Assembly (NCBI GenBank): GCA_039545335.1
Contig: BCIN01000005.1
Coordinates: 710,641-774,640, forward strand
DNA: 64,000 nt
Direction of reading: 5' to 3'
Origin: Kondoa subrosea
Taxonomy: Eukaryota
Shown: positions 52,875-64,000 of the stretch, piece by piece
Numbering within the stretch: position 1 is the stretch's first letter
Layout of the letters: each line of letters starts with the position of its first letter
Notes under the pieces: generated by a model
Databases searched by the model: none
Told to the model about the DNA's origin: nothing
What the model saw: the letters and a program-made list of their open reading frames with translations, nothing else
Translations under genes and position numbers: made by a program

Positions 52875-53083
52875 CGTAGCAATAATGCTGAGAGCTGATT
52901 CAAGTTGTTCAACTGGCGGCGGACAATAAACGCTATTTTGAAGCAGTGCAATCTAGACTGGCAGAATTAAGCACTCAATTGTTGAAAACTAGCTCTTGGC
53001 CGACCGAGACGATGGAAGGGTTGATCTCAAACCGTAATATTCCCCATTAGCAAGTCTATACCACACAGAAGGAGAGATACCAC

Positions 53084-54435
53084 ATGTCTGACGATGAGCA
53101 TAGCTATCCGCCGTCAATAGTCTCAGCCAAGCGCCAAAGCTGGTCTTCGCGCAATTCATCCAACAATGAGAAGCGGTGGGAAGCTCATACCAAGGCCGGA
53201 GCAGACTCTGTGGATCTCTTACAAGCGTTGAATTTAGAGGAACACGATAATGTCATCAAATACATTCATCGAGCTTCTATAGCTTCTTCCAGCTCACCAA
53301 ATGGTCGCTTTTCTGTGGATTCTGATTCAGTCTCTGGCTCTGTAATGGAATTCCGTCGCGTATCATGCGTATCTAGCGCTTCCATTGGGTCGGACAAGCC
53401 TTTGCTAGCAGCAAGAAAGGATGAAGAGGTTAAAATAGGCGAGAAAGAGAACGCTCAGTTTCACAAGTTTGATTGGAAGGGCAAACGCAGGGAAATGCGG
53501 AATCATGATGTGAGTAGAACCTTTTGCTGCTCTTCCTCGTGAGAAGGTTCTGATAATTCTTTCGGAAGTCAAATAACGAGGATGTCGATCCTCTGTATTC
53601 TCACACCATGACTGAATCTTTTACTCATCCTCAGACCACACATGCTAAGACCGCTTTTCCACGAATCGTTCGACATCGTCCTAAACCCTCCAATATAGAA
53701 GATGCTCAAAGTTATGCCTACCCAATTCCATCCTCTAGCAATCGAGCTCGACCTCCACTCAATCTTGATCCTAATCCATTCGCTCAACTAGCAGCAAGAG
53801 GCCGACTTCGACCAAGAGGCAAGAGCAGAATTGATCGACAATTGATTGAAGAACTCCAATTAGGTTTAGACGACTACATAAATTCTTTCGGTCCCCCTAT
53901 ACGCGACGATCCACTCAGTACAGAAACTCCTCTAGTCCTTATTCCTCGATGTCGTCTAGACCTCTTGACAGGAGAACTCGATTCCTTGATTCGAGAAATA
54001 TGCGAAACTACACCCGATTTCCAATCTTGCCTCGCTATGGCTGATTACGGTCCTTTGGCTCTACCTGATTTCCGTTTACATCCCCGATTGTCCAACGCAG
54101 CAAGATATCAATCGCAAGAACCTTCTTCGTGGATCGAGTTGTTATCGGGAACTTTTTGGGCTTGCAGGTTGAGAAGAGATCTGTGTGCTTTGCTACCGAA
54201 GGATGGTGATTTAGATGGTAGTGTGACTGCCAGCGGCTTCAATGGTTTGGGGAATATCACCGAAGTTCTGGAAGCTGAAGGAAGAGCCAAAAGTCCATTT
54301 CGAAACGAGAGCCTCTTGCAGTCGATGCCGATGGAGAAGACCGAATCGAGCAAAAGCGATCGAAGCGAACAACTTCTTACCGAAGGGCAATTGCGCTGGA
54401 AGAGATGGCTAGAGAAAGAATCAGGCGGTCAATGA
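53084..54435 (+). CDS. Hypothetical protein (2 exons)
   Basis: 152-aa and 275-aa ORFs joined by a gtgagt…ag intron (~53510-53567). Ordered-looking core TPLVLIPRCRLDLLTGELDSLIREICE. No family recognised. Confidence 0.65.
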
Positions 54436-57400
54436 TTGTCGTTTGCTCTTGGTGCTAGGCTGTAAATCGTTGATCCGGATCAGTCTTGATCTTCCTCGTA
54501 CTTCAAATCGCTCTTCATCTGAAGCAGTCACAGTCAATTGCCAATTACCGATATCAATCATTGCTGGACCAGAAATATTGCACGAAGTCGACAGTGCAGT
54601 GTTTTGCCCTGATGCGAGACTGCCTTCGTACAGCAATGTTCCTCTCCATATATCGGCTTCCGACTCGTACGAAGTCGCTTCAAATGAGTTCAGCAGTTCA
54701 AGGCGATAGTGAGCTGAAGACGATGAAGAGATGTTCTGCAGATGGAAAGTCACAGGGACTCTGTAGTGCCTAGAACAGAGTGGTCAGCATAGAATCTCTG
54801 ACGTAGCGATTGAGACTGACCTTTTCGTTTCGAAGTCCCAGTCAACAGATTGCTGCGCAGCTTGAACAATGGTTATCGGGTTCTCGCTAATACCATATTC
54901 GCTAGATTGGATGTTGGCTAGTAGTACTTCTCGTTCTCGTTGCGATTCAGCATATAGTCCACCTGCTATACCTTCTGCGTTTTGAAGAATGCTTGTGACT
55001 AAATTCTCTGCTGCACCAAGCCGAAGATCTGCCAAGTGATGATGACCTTGTTTGTTGAGAGAAGGAATGGACCACAAGACTACCAAGTCCAAAGTCCGAG
55101 CCGTGAACTGACGAAAGATATGCCGCTGTAGAGCTTGCGGGATTGTGGGGAACTGCTGATTCAGTGCAACGTGCCTCAGGTAACTTCGGCTCTTGAGAAT
55201 AGATGCCACTAGAGGAGCATTGGCCATGTCAAGCGACTGAAATGTGGTTAGCGGAATCGCTTGAGCTTCGTAAAGCCTTACCTCATCCTCGAGCAGCGAT
55301 ATAATGAGCTGATCGTCGCCCGGTAGAGCAGAAGTCACATCGGCACCTTTGAGTAAATTTTCTAACTGCGCGGGAGTGAAGAAAGGTTGGCATATTGCTT
55401 GATCAGGTGAATTTGACGCTCGATAGCTTGCTCTAAGCTGGACTGCATGAGATTGATTCATTGAGATGGCGACACTTTCGACACATTAGCTCGAATCAGT
55501 TGGTCTGATATTTTCAGCCTACTTGTTGGTAGAGCCAGAGCGAGCGGATGTGCATTGCCAACTTGGCCCAAGAGCCACAATCTGATCGATTATGATGACT
55601 TCGGTAATCCTTTTATTGTCAATCTGCAAATTCATTTCAGCTTCAAACATTTCGAAAACGCTTGCGCTGACCTGTAACGCAATCGAAAAAGGAAAATCCG
55701 AGCTGATTGAAGGTCGTATTGCCGCTCGAACGTCGAGCGAGGGATGTATGACGAGAGAGTGTGTTCTTCGAACAGGAAAGTAAAGAGTTTCTGAGGTTGG
55801 CGATCTGATACAGAAAAGGAGAGACAGGTTGAAGTTTCCGTCCGAGTCGCCTCGGAGCACTATAGGGACATTAATTAATGTTGACGACGAGCTTTGTATT
55901 GCTCCACTTGATGGAATGATCGGTATTTGTGAAGGGGTATTTGGTGACAATTGGGACGAAACAGCTATCGCTTTACTCTGCTGTTCGCTTGGTATGTATA
56001 TATCTAGGCGATCAGATGCCGTCAACAAAGCCCTTTGTTTCAATGTAAGCGGCAAAACATACCATTGGTATTCCCTATTGCCGGAATAAAATTAGGATGA
56101 CTTGTTAGAAGGTAGAGTTCTTGTATTGGTACATTGCCAGAAGCGGACAGCGAGATGTTGCACTTGATTGTCTCTCCAGCGTACAGCTCGGAAGGCAAGT
56201 CTGAACAGTCAACTTCGAGGCGAGGTATCGGATCGCTGACTAGCACATCCAAAGATGTGTCTTGAGCATACGCTGGCTTCAGTAGTTGCTCCTTTGTTGA
56301 CGCTAGCCGAGCTCCTTGCTTTATTAGCGTTTCTTGACATTTCAGAGTGTCATTCAAAAGATATGTAATCGAGGCAACGCGAAAGTTGCTGTTATTCTTG
56401 CAAGTCAGCGGTATTCGAAGCTATATAAGACAGAAGATATTAGATCGTCTCACTGCTAATAACGAGGGCTTACCAGGTGCTCCGAGTAGGGTGGCAGGTC
56501 CAGTGCTTCTTTGGCTTCAAACGACACGTCTTCTGTTGAATTCGACGACAAGGACTGCGCTACGATAGTGATCTTGGACAGCCGAAGTGTTGCATGTAAA
56601 GGGTTTCTAGCAAGAAGCTCGACAAAGAAAGGCTCTGGGTAAGCATTTCAGCTTTTGCAACAATGGTCGCTTGAAGGTCGATGCTTACCATCCCGGCTGG
56701 CTGCATTTGTACCGTCGGATGACTGTATGCTGATAGTCTGTTGTTGTCGTGCAAAATGATCAACAAAGTCTTTTTCCAAAGCAACCCAATCTTCGTTTTT
56801 AGACACATCGAGATCGACGCCAGGTATGAGTATACGCGTGTGCGCTACGTCAAACAGCTTGTTTGGGAACTGAAGCTGCTTCTCTTCCAGTACAGACGAA
56901 GCTTGATCGCCAAGATGCTGCACGCATCATCAGTAAATACTTTGGACTGACAAGGCAGTGCACCGACATCTAACGCCAGCTTGAAATCATCCCAAACGCC
57001 TTGATCATCTTCTCCAGTCTCTACATCGCCTTCTTGTTCTGCTTTGCCCAGTAGGCTGAGGTAATAGCCTAAAGCTTCATCTGAACGACCGAGATTGTAC
57101 GCTTGTCTACCCAGTGCTTGGTGGACATGATTCTGTATCGCATGCCATCGACCAGAGAGCATGGGCATGCCTTTATCATTGAAGTAATCTGCAGCAGGGG
57201 AAGGAATTTCGTAACAAAAGGAAGCTTGCAGAAGACAGCGGCGTGCCAGCGCTTTCTGTCTCGCGACATCAACCAACAGCTACGCGATAATGGTGAGAAT
57301 AACGTACAAAGCCGCTCTTCTCATATCTCTGAGACGCCATGCATAGATGGAAAGCCGCTTTCCGCCTTTGTGGTTCAGGTTCGGCTTGTAGATTCGCTAC

Positions 57401-59015
57401 AGCAGCTTGTTCTAGCAATATTGCAGCAGACACTTCCTCTTGCTATGAAGAGAATCAGTCGCGCTCTAAAAGATCATACACGACGTACATCGCTAGCTGT
57501 TCGGCAAAGAGCCACTGGTGCGCTTTTCGTATCGCCCAGTAATTTGTATGTCTCGTAGTACAGCAAAGTAGCCTTCAAGTCATCCAGTAGGGCGAAAGCT
57601 GACTGCGTTGGCGCAGTATGTGCCGTATATGCTTGTTCCAGAAAGAAATCGACATCCGGCCGTTTGGCAATGCTGAAAGCTGCTGAAATAGGATATAGAG
57701 ATAAGAGGAGATTGGACAGTCCAGTCATCCGCTGTCAAACTGTTCAATATATCTTTCACACCAGGCACCGAAGCGAAGCGACTCACACTAGCTTGAGCAT
57801 AGTCACGCCAGGCTTTGTCGTTCGCAAAGTCCTTGCGCACCAAATCGTACGTGAAAGCTGCTAGCTTGTAATCTCGTAGCATAAAAGCAAAGTCTGCAAG
57901 ACGCCTTGTCTGAGCTTCTGTTGTTTGATGAGGATAGCTGGAACGGAACAGCTCAGCGTGAATCTAATCGCATGTTGTCAGAATTTGGCTCACTAGCCTT
58001 TGGCGGGCAGATATCCAGCTACCGGTCCATTTGCAGGACTTGATCTCCCGCTACTTGATCCGCCAAAGTATTTCCGCCCAACATTGAACAACCTGCCCGT
58101 CAAGCCTCTTCTGGAAGCAGCAAGACTTTCGTTCCATGTTTGCACATTACGCTCCATCCACGGCACCAAAGACTGGACTACCAATTCTCGCAAAAAGATT
58201 CGAATAGCCAGAACATCCTTGTTGCCTAAACCTTGAACTGGTTCTGTTTGATCTTTGAGGTATGATGACCAAAGAGTATCAAAACAGGCTGGTCTGCTAT
58301 CTTTCTCGCCTTCTAGTGGAGCTGGAGCTTCAGGATCAAAAGAATTGACAGGCAGAAGAGCGCAATGTACACCATAAGATCGCCGTATTTGTTCAAGCAG
58401 AGCTTGCGAGTCTGCTAGATTGCCATTACGGACGTCGTGAACAACCACGTAATATCTCAAGACGTTTGGGTCCACAAAAGCGTGTCGTTCAATTGAGGAC
58501 AGTTTAGCTGGAGATACAGATTCGTAGAGACTTGCCAATGCGTTGAGAGGTTCCGGATGGGCAGCACTCGTAGCTAAGAGATAGAGGACAGGTTGAGTGA
58601 ATGTCTGATGAGAAGAGATTGGGTTCAACGCCAGGACTGCATCACGCATGACCGGATACCAAGGTGTAGCTAATTCGACTGCTGAATCCAAAGAAGTGGG
58701 CTCGGGCACAGGTAAGGCGTTGACTTGACTAGATACAGCATCCAGCCAAGGCCCTAGAGAGTCTATGGACTGGCTTTCATCTTCTATGCTTGCAAGGTCG
58801 TCAATCTGGATTGGGAATTGAGCAGCTGTAAAGGCTTCGAATGCAGAGGTCCTGAGATTGACACGTTCTACGCCAGATGTTTGCCATGGCTTGAGCAGGA
58901 CAGCCAAAGAGGGCAAATGAATGGACGACTGCAATAATTCGGTAACATCATTGGTTTGCAAAACAGCGATTCTGGGTGCAAAGTGCTGATGCAGAATAGT
59001 AGGGCCTTGTGACAT
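54421..59015 (-). CDS. TRS85: TRAPP III complex subunit Trs85/TRAPPC8
   Basis: HFAPRIAVL…LLKPW; VLRYYVVVHD; YGVHCALLPVNS; FLRELVVQSLVPWMER; EAQTRRLADFAFMLRDYKLA…DFANDKAW; C-terminal Ig-like segments. Confidence 0.9.
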
Positions 59016-59242
59016 TCACAAAGCGCGCGGTATCTCTTGCGGTCAGGTATATTGTCTTGCTCGTCTGGCGAAGAAGGGCAACTTGGATCAAATCAGAGGA
59101 AAGCCAATTTCGCGACAGATGCTATGTTTCCCCTCTATCTACGGCTTCAAGCATGACTAGTCCTCGGACTCGATTATTTTCTAGGCATTGGTTGCATTTC
59201 AGGCAAAAGTATTCTTCGAGCACCTGCAGCATCGCGCTTGAA

Positions 59243-61077
59243 CTATTGCTCGAGGTTAAGTTTCTGGCAGTCTACAGTGTGAAGCGGAAGGCGTACCTCG
59301 TATCGCCGACGATTCATCCACATTGATGCAGGAAAGGCCATCATAACAGCGTTCGGCTGCACCTGCGAGCTAGGGTCGGGCAGATCAACAAAGGTGAGGC
59401 TAGCGATGTTGGGGCAACGAGATCGAAGCTTGCGAACGGCCTCAGGTGCTGTTTTGGCGTGAAGTTGATTCCAGGAAGCCATAAATCCATCGCCGCACGT
59501 GCTGAAAATTTGCGGTTGCTGAAGGTAGAATGTGATACGTTCAGCACTTTGCAGCTTCAACGCGTTAAGGAGATCATCCTGCATTGAACATAAGCCGAGA
59601 CATCGCGATGCGCTCGAAAGATCATGACGTACAAATCTGATCATCGTTGGGTCTACATCCATGACAAGCTCAACCACGTTGGGCAAAGAGGCGGTCAGGT
59701 AGCGGACTTCTCTTGTTTCTAAATGACCCCAAGCTTTCCACTGAAGATGGCGAAGTGTTTTGTTGCACGAAGCTACCGCTCGAAGCATTTGACCAACGTT
59801 AAAGATAGGAAACATGCGTTGAGTGCGACCAGCTTCTTCCACCAAAATCAGAACTTCCAGTTTTGTAAGATCTTCTAGGAGGTGAGCCAATTCTGACCAA
59901 AATTCTGAACTTTGTGAAAGAGTTGAAAAGCATAGATACTTGAGGGAAGAAGAGCAATTGCGAGCCAAAGCTGCCCAAAGAGTTGCATCTGCTTTATAAA
60001 AACCCACATCCGTGAAGAAGCTGTGTAGCGGAGGGCAGAGGGCGAGGATTGACTTTAGAGCTTTCCAATTGATTTCGCTAGAGGCAATAGAGCAGACATC
60101 GAGTCTTTTCAGCTTTGGCAGTCCAAGGCCGACCATACCATCCAACACTCTGGCTCCGTTGGTAAGGTGCAAATTGCTCAATACGAGAGTTTCTAGCGTG
60201 GATTTGTGATGCTTAATAACTTCAACCAGATTTTTCATGTCGATGCCGTGCATCTGATGACCTTGAGTGTGCAAACTTGATGCTGTTACAATAGCGAACT
60301 TACTAGATGAAATTCGAGCACTCGCATTGCCGGTAGCTGAGTCAGAAGTCTGATATCACTATGGTAGATGATACTAAGCGGACAAACTCTAGCCCGGAAA
60401 GTGTACTAACATTTGATTACGCGAGAGCAACTTGAGCTTTGCGAAAGATGGCAGCTGGATCAAAACTTCCCACAATCGAGCAGGAATGCTTTGGTATCCC
60501 TTTTCAGCGGTTGAATACTGCCACTGTGAGCAAAATCAGCCCAAGACAACAAGATTTGATCAGAAGACCTACAATCAAGGTGTGAAGCTCGGACATTTTA
60601 AAAATGACCTCTCTGAGCCGCAGCACCTGCTGCTTGTTGAATGTTTTGTCACTCGATGTAAGCTGTAAAGTCTTGACACATTCTAGATCTATGCTCACGC
60701 GTGAGTAAGTCTAGAAGCCGACAATGGGATGCTTACAATGGTCTGGCAGATTCTTCATCTTTGCCCATTGCTCATTCCAATCATCGACTGAGTCGATCCC
60801 TGCTCTCTAGGCGTAAGCTTTGCGAAACACTAGACGCAGAAGACTGACAGAATTCTAGATCATGCCATACCAAGGGCTTCACAACTGACCAAAGACCCTT
60901 GTTTACGCGTCCCAGAGCAAGTAGATCACGAGAAGGAACTAGCAAAGGTTGTTCGACAGGATTTGGCATGCTGTCGTTTGAGGGTTTGAAAAGAAAATTT
61001 GAAACGGCAAGCCAGCAATCATCATCCAAGCGTGGCAGCATACTGATGTGCTCGAGGGACTGCGATAGATCATTCAT
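59243..61077 (-). CDS. F-box-like / leucine-rich-repeat protein
   Basis: N-terminal LPRLDDDCWLAVSNFL…DLLALGRVNKGLWSVVKPLVWHDL (F-box-like), followed by LxxLxL repeats (LETLVLS, LKRLDV, LKYLCF, LEVLIL, LRHLQW). Confidence 0.65.
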
Positions 61078-61337
61078 CGCTTTGCGCCAGGCGGTAGTTA
61101 AGAGAAAAGGGAAAGAGAAAGAAAGAAGCAAGCCAAAGAAACCTCGTGCCCTCGCATACGTAATGTGCATAACGCCCGCCGCAGCTCTATGCAAAATGCT
61201 CTCATGGCAGAAGAGCCAGAGATGACGAATGCACGAGCTAAGACAAGTGATGTCTGTCGAGAAAGTCAATCATTTAGTAACGGGCGCTTATCCTGGACTC
61301 ACATATTATTGTGGAATTCCTATGAATATAGTCAAAG

Positions 61338-63117
61338 CTATCGCTTGCCAAGCCTATACCTAGGTGCAGCAGCTGTTGGATTCCGCTTTTGTCGCCTATC
61401 CCAGACTCAGCTTCTTCCTATACGCCATTGAAGAAAACACTCACTTGTTTGCTTTCTCTCTTTCCATCTCGAGCGCATCCAATTCCTCCAAAGTCAGCTC
61501 CTCGATCCTTGGACCAAAGTTTTTGCACTGATCCCACTCTCGCCAAACGCCATCCATCTTCTTCGGTCCTCTACTATAAGTAGGAGGCGGTTCATCTTCC
61601 CCTCTACCAATCAAACCCATTTCCAAACAATCTTTCTTATGTCTTATCAGTTCATCATGGATTGCGTGGGCTATAATTGGTGATGCTTCGCCGGTCAGAC
61701 CAAGATCGGCACAAAGTTGACGAGCAAAGTGTTCAGGTGTCAAAGAAGATGATAGATCCCATTCGAAACGGTCTATGAGATGGATGGTTTGTATTTGAAC
61801 ATCGATCTGAATTATCGAGTAAGTCTAGTGTAGTCTAGTCAAAATGGGAAAAAACATACATTGACAATCACACGCAAATCAGCTTCAACATGCTCTTCTT
61901 CTTGTTCTTCAGTGACGATAGCTACTTCGGCTACTCCAGAATGTTCTTCGATTTGAGTCTTGATGGTTGTAGCTATTTGATCTTTGTACGGCACGAGCGG
62001 TATACCTACATCATCGCAAAAGGTAGTAGCAAAGAGATCAGGTGTCATGAAAGTTTCTGTATGTTCATGTCAATGAACGCCAGGAATCGTCAGAATAGAT
62101 GCATACCTCGCAGATCCCAGATGAAACAATCTCGAATGTTATGCGTCTCCGTTTCCAGGTCTATTCGTATTGGTACCAACATAGCTTTTTGCTCTGCTCG
62201 GAGTTCTAAATTTTGTTCAGACCTGTTCAATACGTACCAATTGATAACTCGAAAGATAATGATTGGATCGCTACGAACAGATAGACATGCCTAGCTCGCT
62301 TAGCAGGTTCTGCGATGACTAGATTACCCGGCACATCTTTACCCATAAAGCTCTTCAAAGGCGGTGTAGGTAATGCCGGTTCAGGTGGACCTTGAGGTTG
62401 AGGTGTCGCTCTTGAACTTGTCGGTGCGCTCAGAGCTGCTACCGCAGCTGCAGCTTCAGCCGCTTTTCTGGAAGCCAGCAGTTGTCTTCCTCTAGCAGTC
62501 AAACCCGCCGCTTCAGCTTCATCCAATTCCGTAGGATCCGCTTCCAAAGGATCAGGTTGATCTAAAGATTCTACTTCTGCATAATTGATAGCTGATCGAT
62601 TTCTTCTACTGCCTCCAGATTGGACGTAAGTGAGAACTTCTGGTTTTTGAGCTGCTAGGACTTTGGCTATATTGGGTTGCATGAGATTGGTAGTGCCTAG
62701 TTTGATACGCGAAGGATAAGTGGTCATCCCTGCTTGTACAGTAGGATGAAGCCGAGTGAATGGAGGAAGAGGGTCTTCTGAATCGGTAAGGACATGTGGT
62801 CTTAGGGACGAAGCTGTAGTGGAAGGCACAGATGTGGGAAGTGAAGGACGAGAAGTGGAAGCAATTGGTGTGCTAGCGTTCGAGGGAGGTAAATATAGCT
62901 GAGGCGCTGAAGAGCGAGTCGAGCGTTCTGGAAGGGTAGAAGACCGTTGCTGTTGCTGGACTGCTGTGTTCGGCGGCTGTAAACCAGTTTGATTGACAGG
63001 CAGAGTAAATCTCGTCGAGAGTTCAGCTACAGCATTCGCGTAAGCTTGTTCGTTGTTGCCATGTATTTTGCGTAGTCTTGCAATCTCAGCATGCCAGCTG
63101 CTCGTAGCTAGCGACAT
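61338..63117 (-). CDS. SFH1: RSC complex Snf5-family subunit Sfh1
   Basis: QAGMTTYPSRIKLGTTNLMQP; LVPIRIDLE…IRDCFIWDL; TPDLFATTFCDD; DRFEWDL…TPEHFARQLCADLGL; GVWREW…FGPRIEELT. Confidence 0.9.
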
Positions 63118-63413
63118 CTTCGCCAATATTCAATCCACTGATTCAATCCAAGACAATGGCCAAAACAGGTATCACAGCCCTGGTATATAGGCTTATGGGT
63201 AACTGACTGTAGTTTGCGAGCGTGTTCCGCCTAGACTTGGCCGAAGGTAGACAAGAAATCGAAAAATCAATAATGCGCTTTGTCCTATGGCGAGCGAGCG
63301 GCTCTGCGCTAGAGTAGTCCAGTGCGCATAGTTCTGTGCCCGAGATACCCTTTTCCTCTCGTCTCAAACTCGTTCTTTGTCTTGCTCCAAATAATTTGTG
63401 AAGTTCATCTGAC

Positions 63414-64000
63414 ATGGCAATTTTTGGGTCTGCTGCAATTGTAGCTAGCACGCCAGCTCGTCGAGCTCCTCAATCAAGTCGTCAGAGTTCTTTGCGCATC
63501 ATTGTTCCTACATATGGTTCTACTCTCGTTCGCCATGCATCGAACAATACATCTGGAGAAAGTAAGGGAAAGAAACAGTCAATACTAGAAGAATCAACTC
63601 GACGCTTCTCTCATTGGTCTGTGGATCGTGCTCGAGTGGCAGAAGATACCGATTTTGGTGATCTTGCATCTACTTACCGTCATGCAGCGAGCAAAGGTCT
63701 TCCTCCCATTCAGTCTCCTGCTTCACCTACTTCTCCAGTGACAGACAAGTTGAAGAACACTGCTTCTCTTTCTTCACCTATCGCTAGCAGCAGTAAAGTC
63801 AAGATTGAAGATTTGGACCCTTACGATGCACCAAAAGTTCAAGAACATGAAGATTACGACAATCAAAGTTGGCGCTTTCCAGACAATGTCGAAGGAGAAT
63901 ACTCAATTCACGCCGTAGAGAAGAGTCAGGTCAAACATCAGCCTTCAACGTCCACTAACGCTTTCGAAGCATTCGAACCCCAATCTCCTTCTCTCACATC
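63414..64000 (+). CDS. 5' part of an unidentified gene, possibly mitochondrial; runs off the right edge
   Basis: ATG at 63414 opens an uninterrupted frame to the window end: MAIFGSAAIVASTPARRAPQSSRQSSLRIIVPTYGSTLVRHAS… (Arg/Ser-rich and acid-free up to RHAS, like a presequence). Confidence 0.65.
   Translation, partial: MAIFGSAAIVASTPARRAPQSSRQSSLRIIVPTYGSTLVRHASNNTSGESKGKKQSILEESTRRFSHWSVDRARVAEDTDFGDLASTYRHAASKGLPPIQSPASPTSPVTDKLKNTASLSSPIASSSKVKIEDLDPYDAPKVQEHEDYDNQSWRFPDNVEGEYSIHAVEKSQVKHQPSTSTNAFEAFEPQSPSLT

Overview
Gene-dense, intron-rich eukaryotic DNA from a fungus, most likely a basidiomycete. The taxonomy is inferred from many ~50-60 nt GT-AG introns, microexons, short intergenic gaps and the gene families present. 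I can support about 27 intact or near-intact protein-coding genes: a VAMP7-like R-SNARE, two tandem NAD-dependent epimerase/reductases, a Hul4-like HECT E3, NPY1, GID4/VID24, a secreted alginate-lyase-family protein, an MSS116-like DEAD-box helicase, TRR1, SCS7, a PDR-type ABC transporter, a CNH-like protein, the PP2A A subunit, Pal1-like, an MDR oxidoreductase, a MYND protein, TRS85, an F-box-like protein, SFH1 and several unknowns. There is also one tRNA-Asp(GUC). I saw no transposon, CRISPR array or rRNA. Three observations stand out. (1) An uncharacterised ~700-aa disordered protein (40650-43134, minus) has 12 of its 14 Trp in WG/GW motifs, plus RS-rich tracts and an H-x4-C-x4-C-x2-C motif, making it a candidate Argonaute-hook adaptor linked to splicing. 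(2) A USO1/p115 gene, essential in yeast, has decayed in place (several stops and frameshifts) and is joined tail-to-tail at ~16760 to a truncated monocarboxylate-transporter gene. Together with other apparently eroded loci, this suggests gene fractionation or degeneration of this haplotype. (3) A predicted 2-nt microexon lies in the MYND-finger gene, which also carries an in-frame stop. All gene models were spliced by eye, so exon boundaries are approximate.
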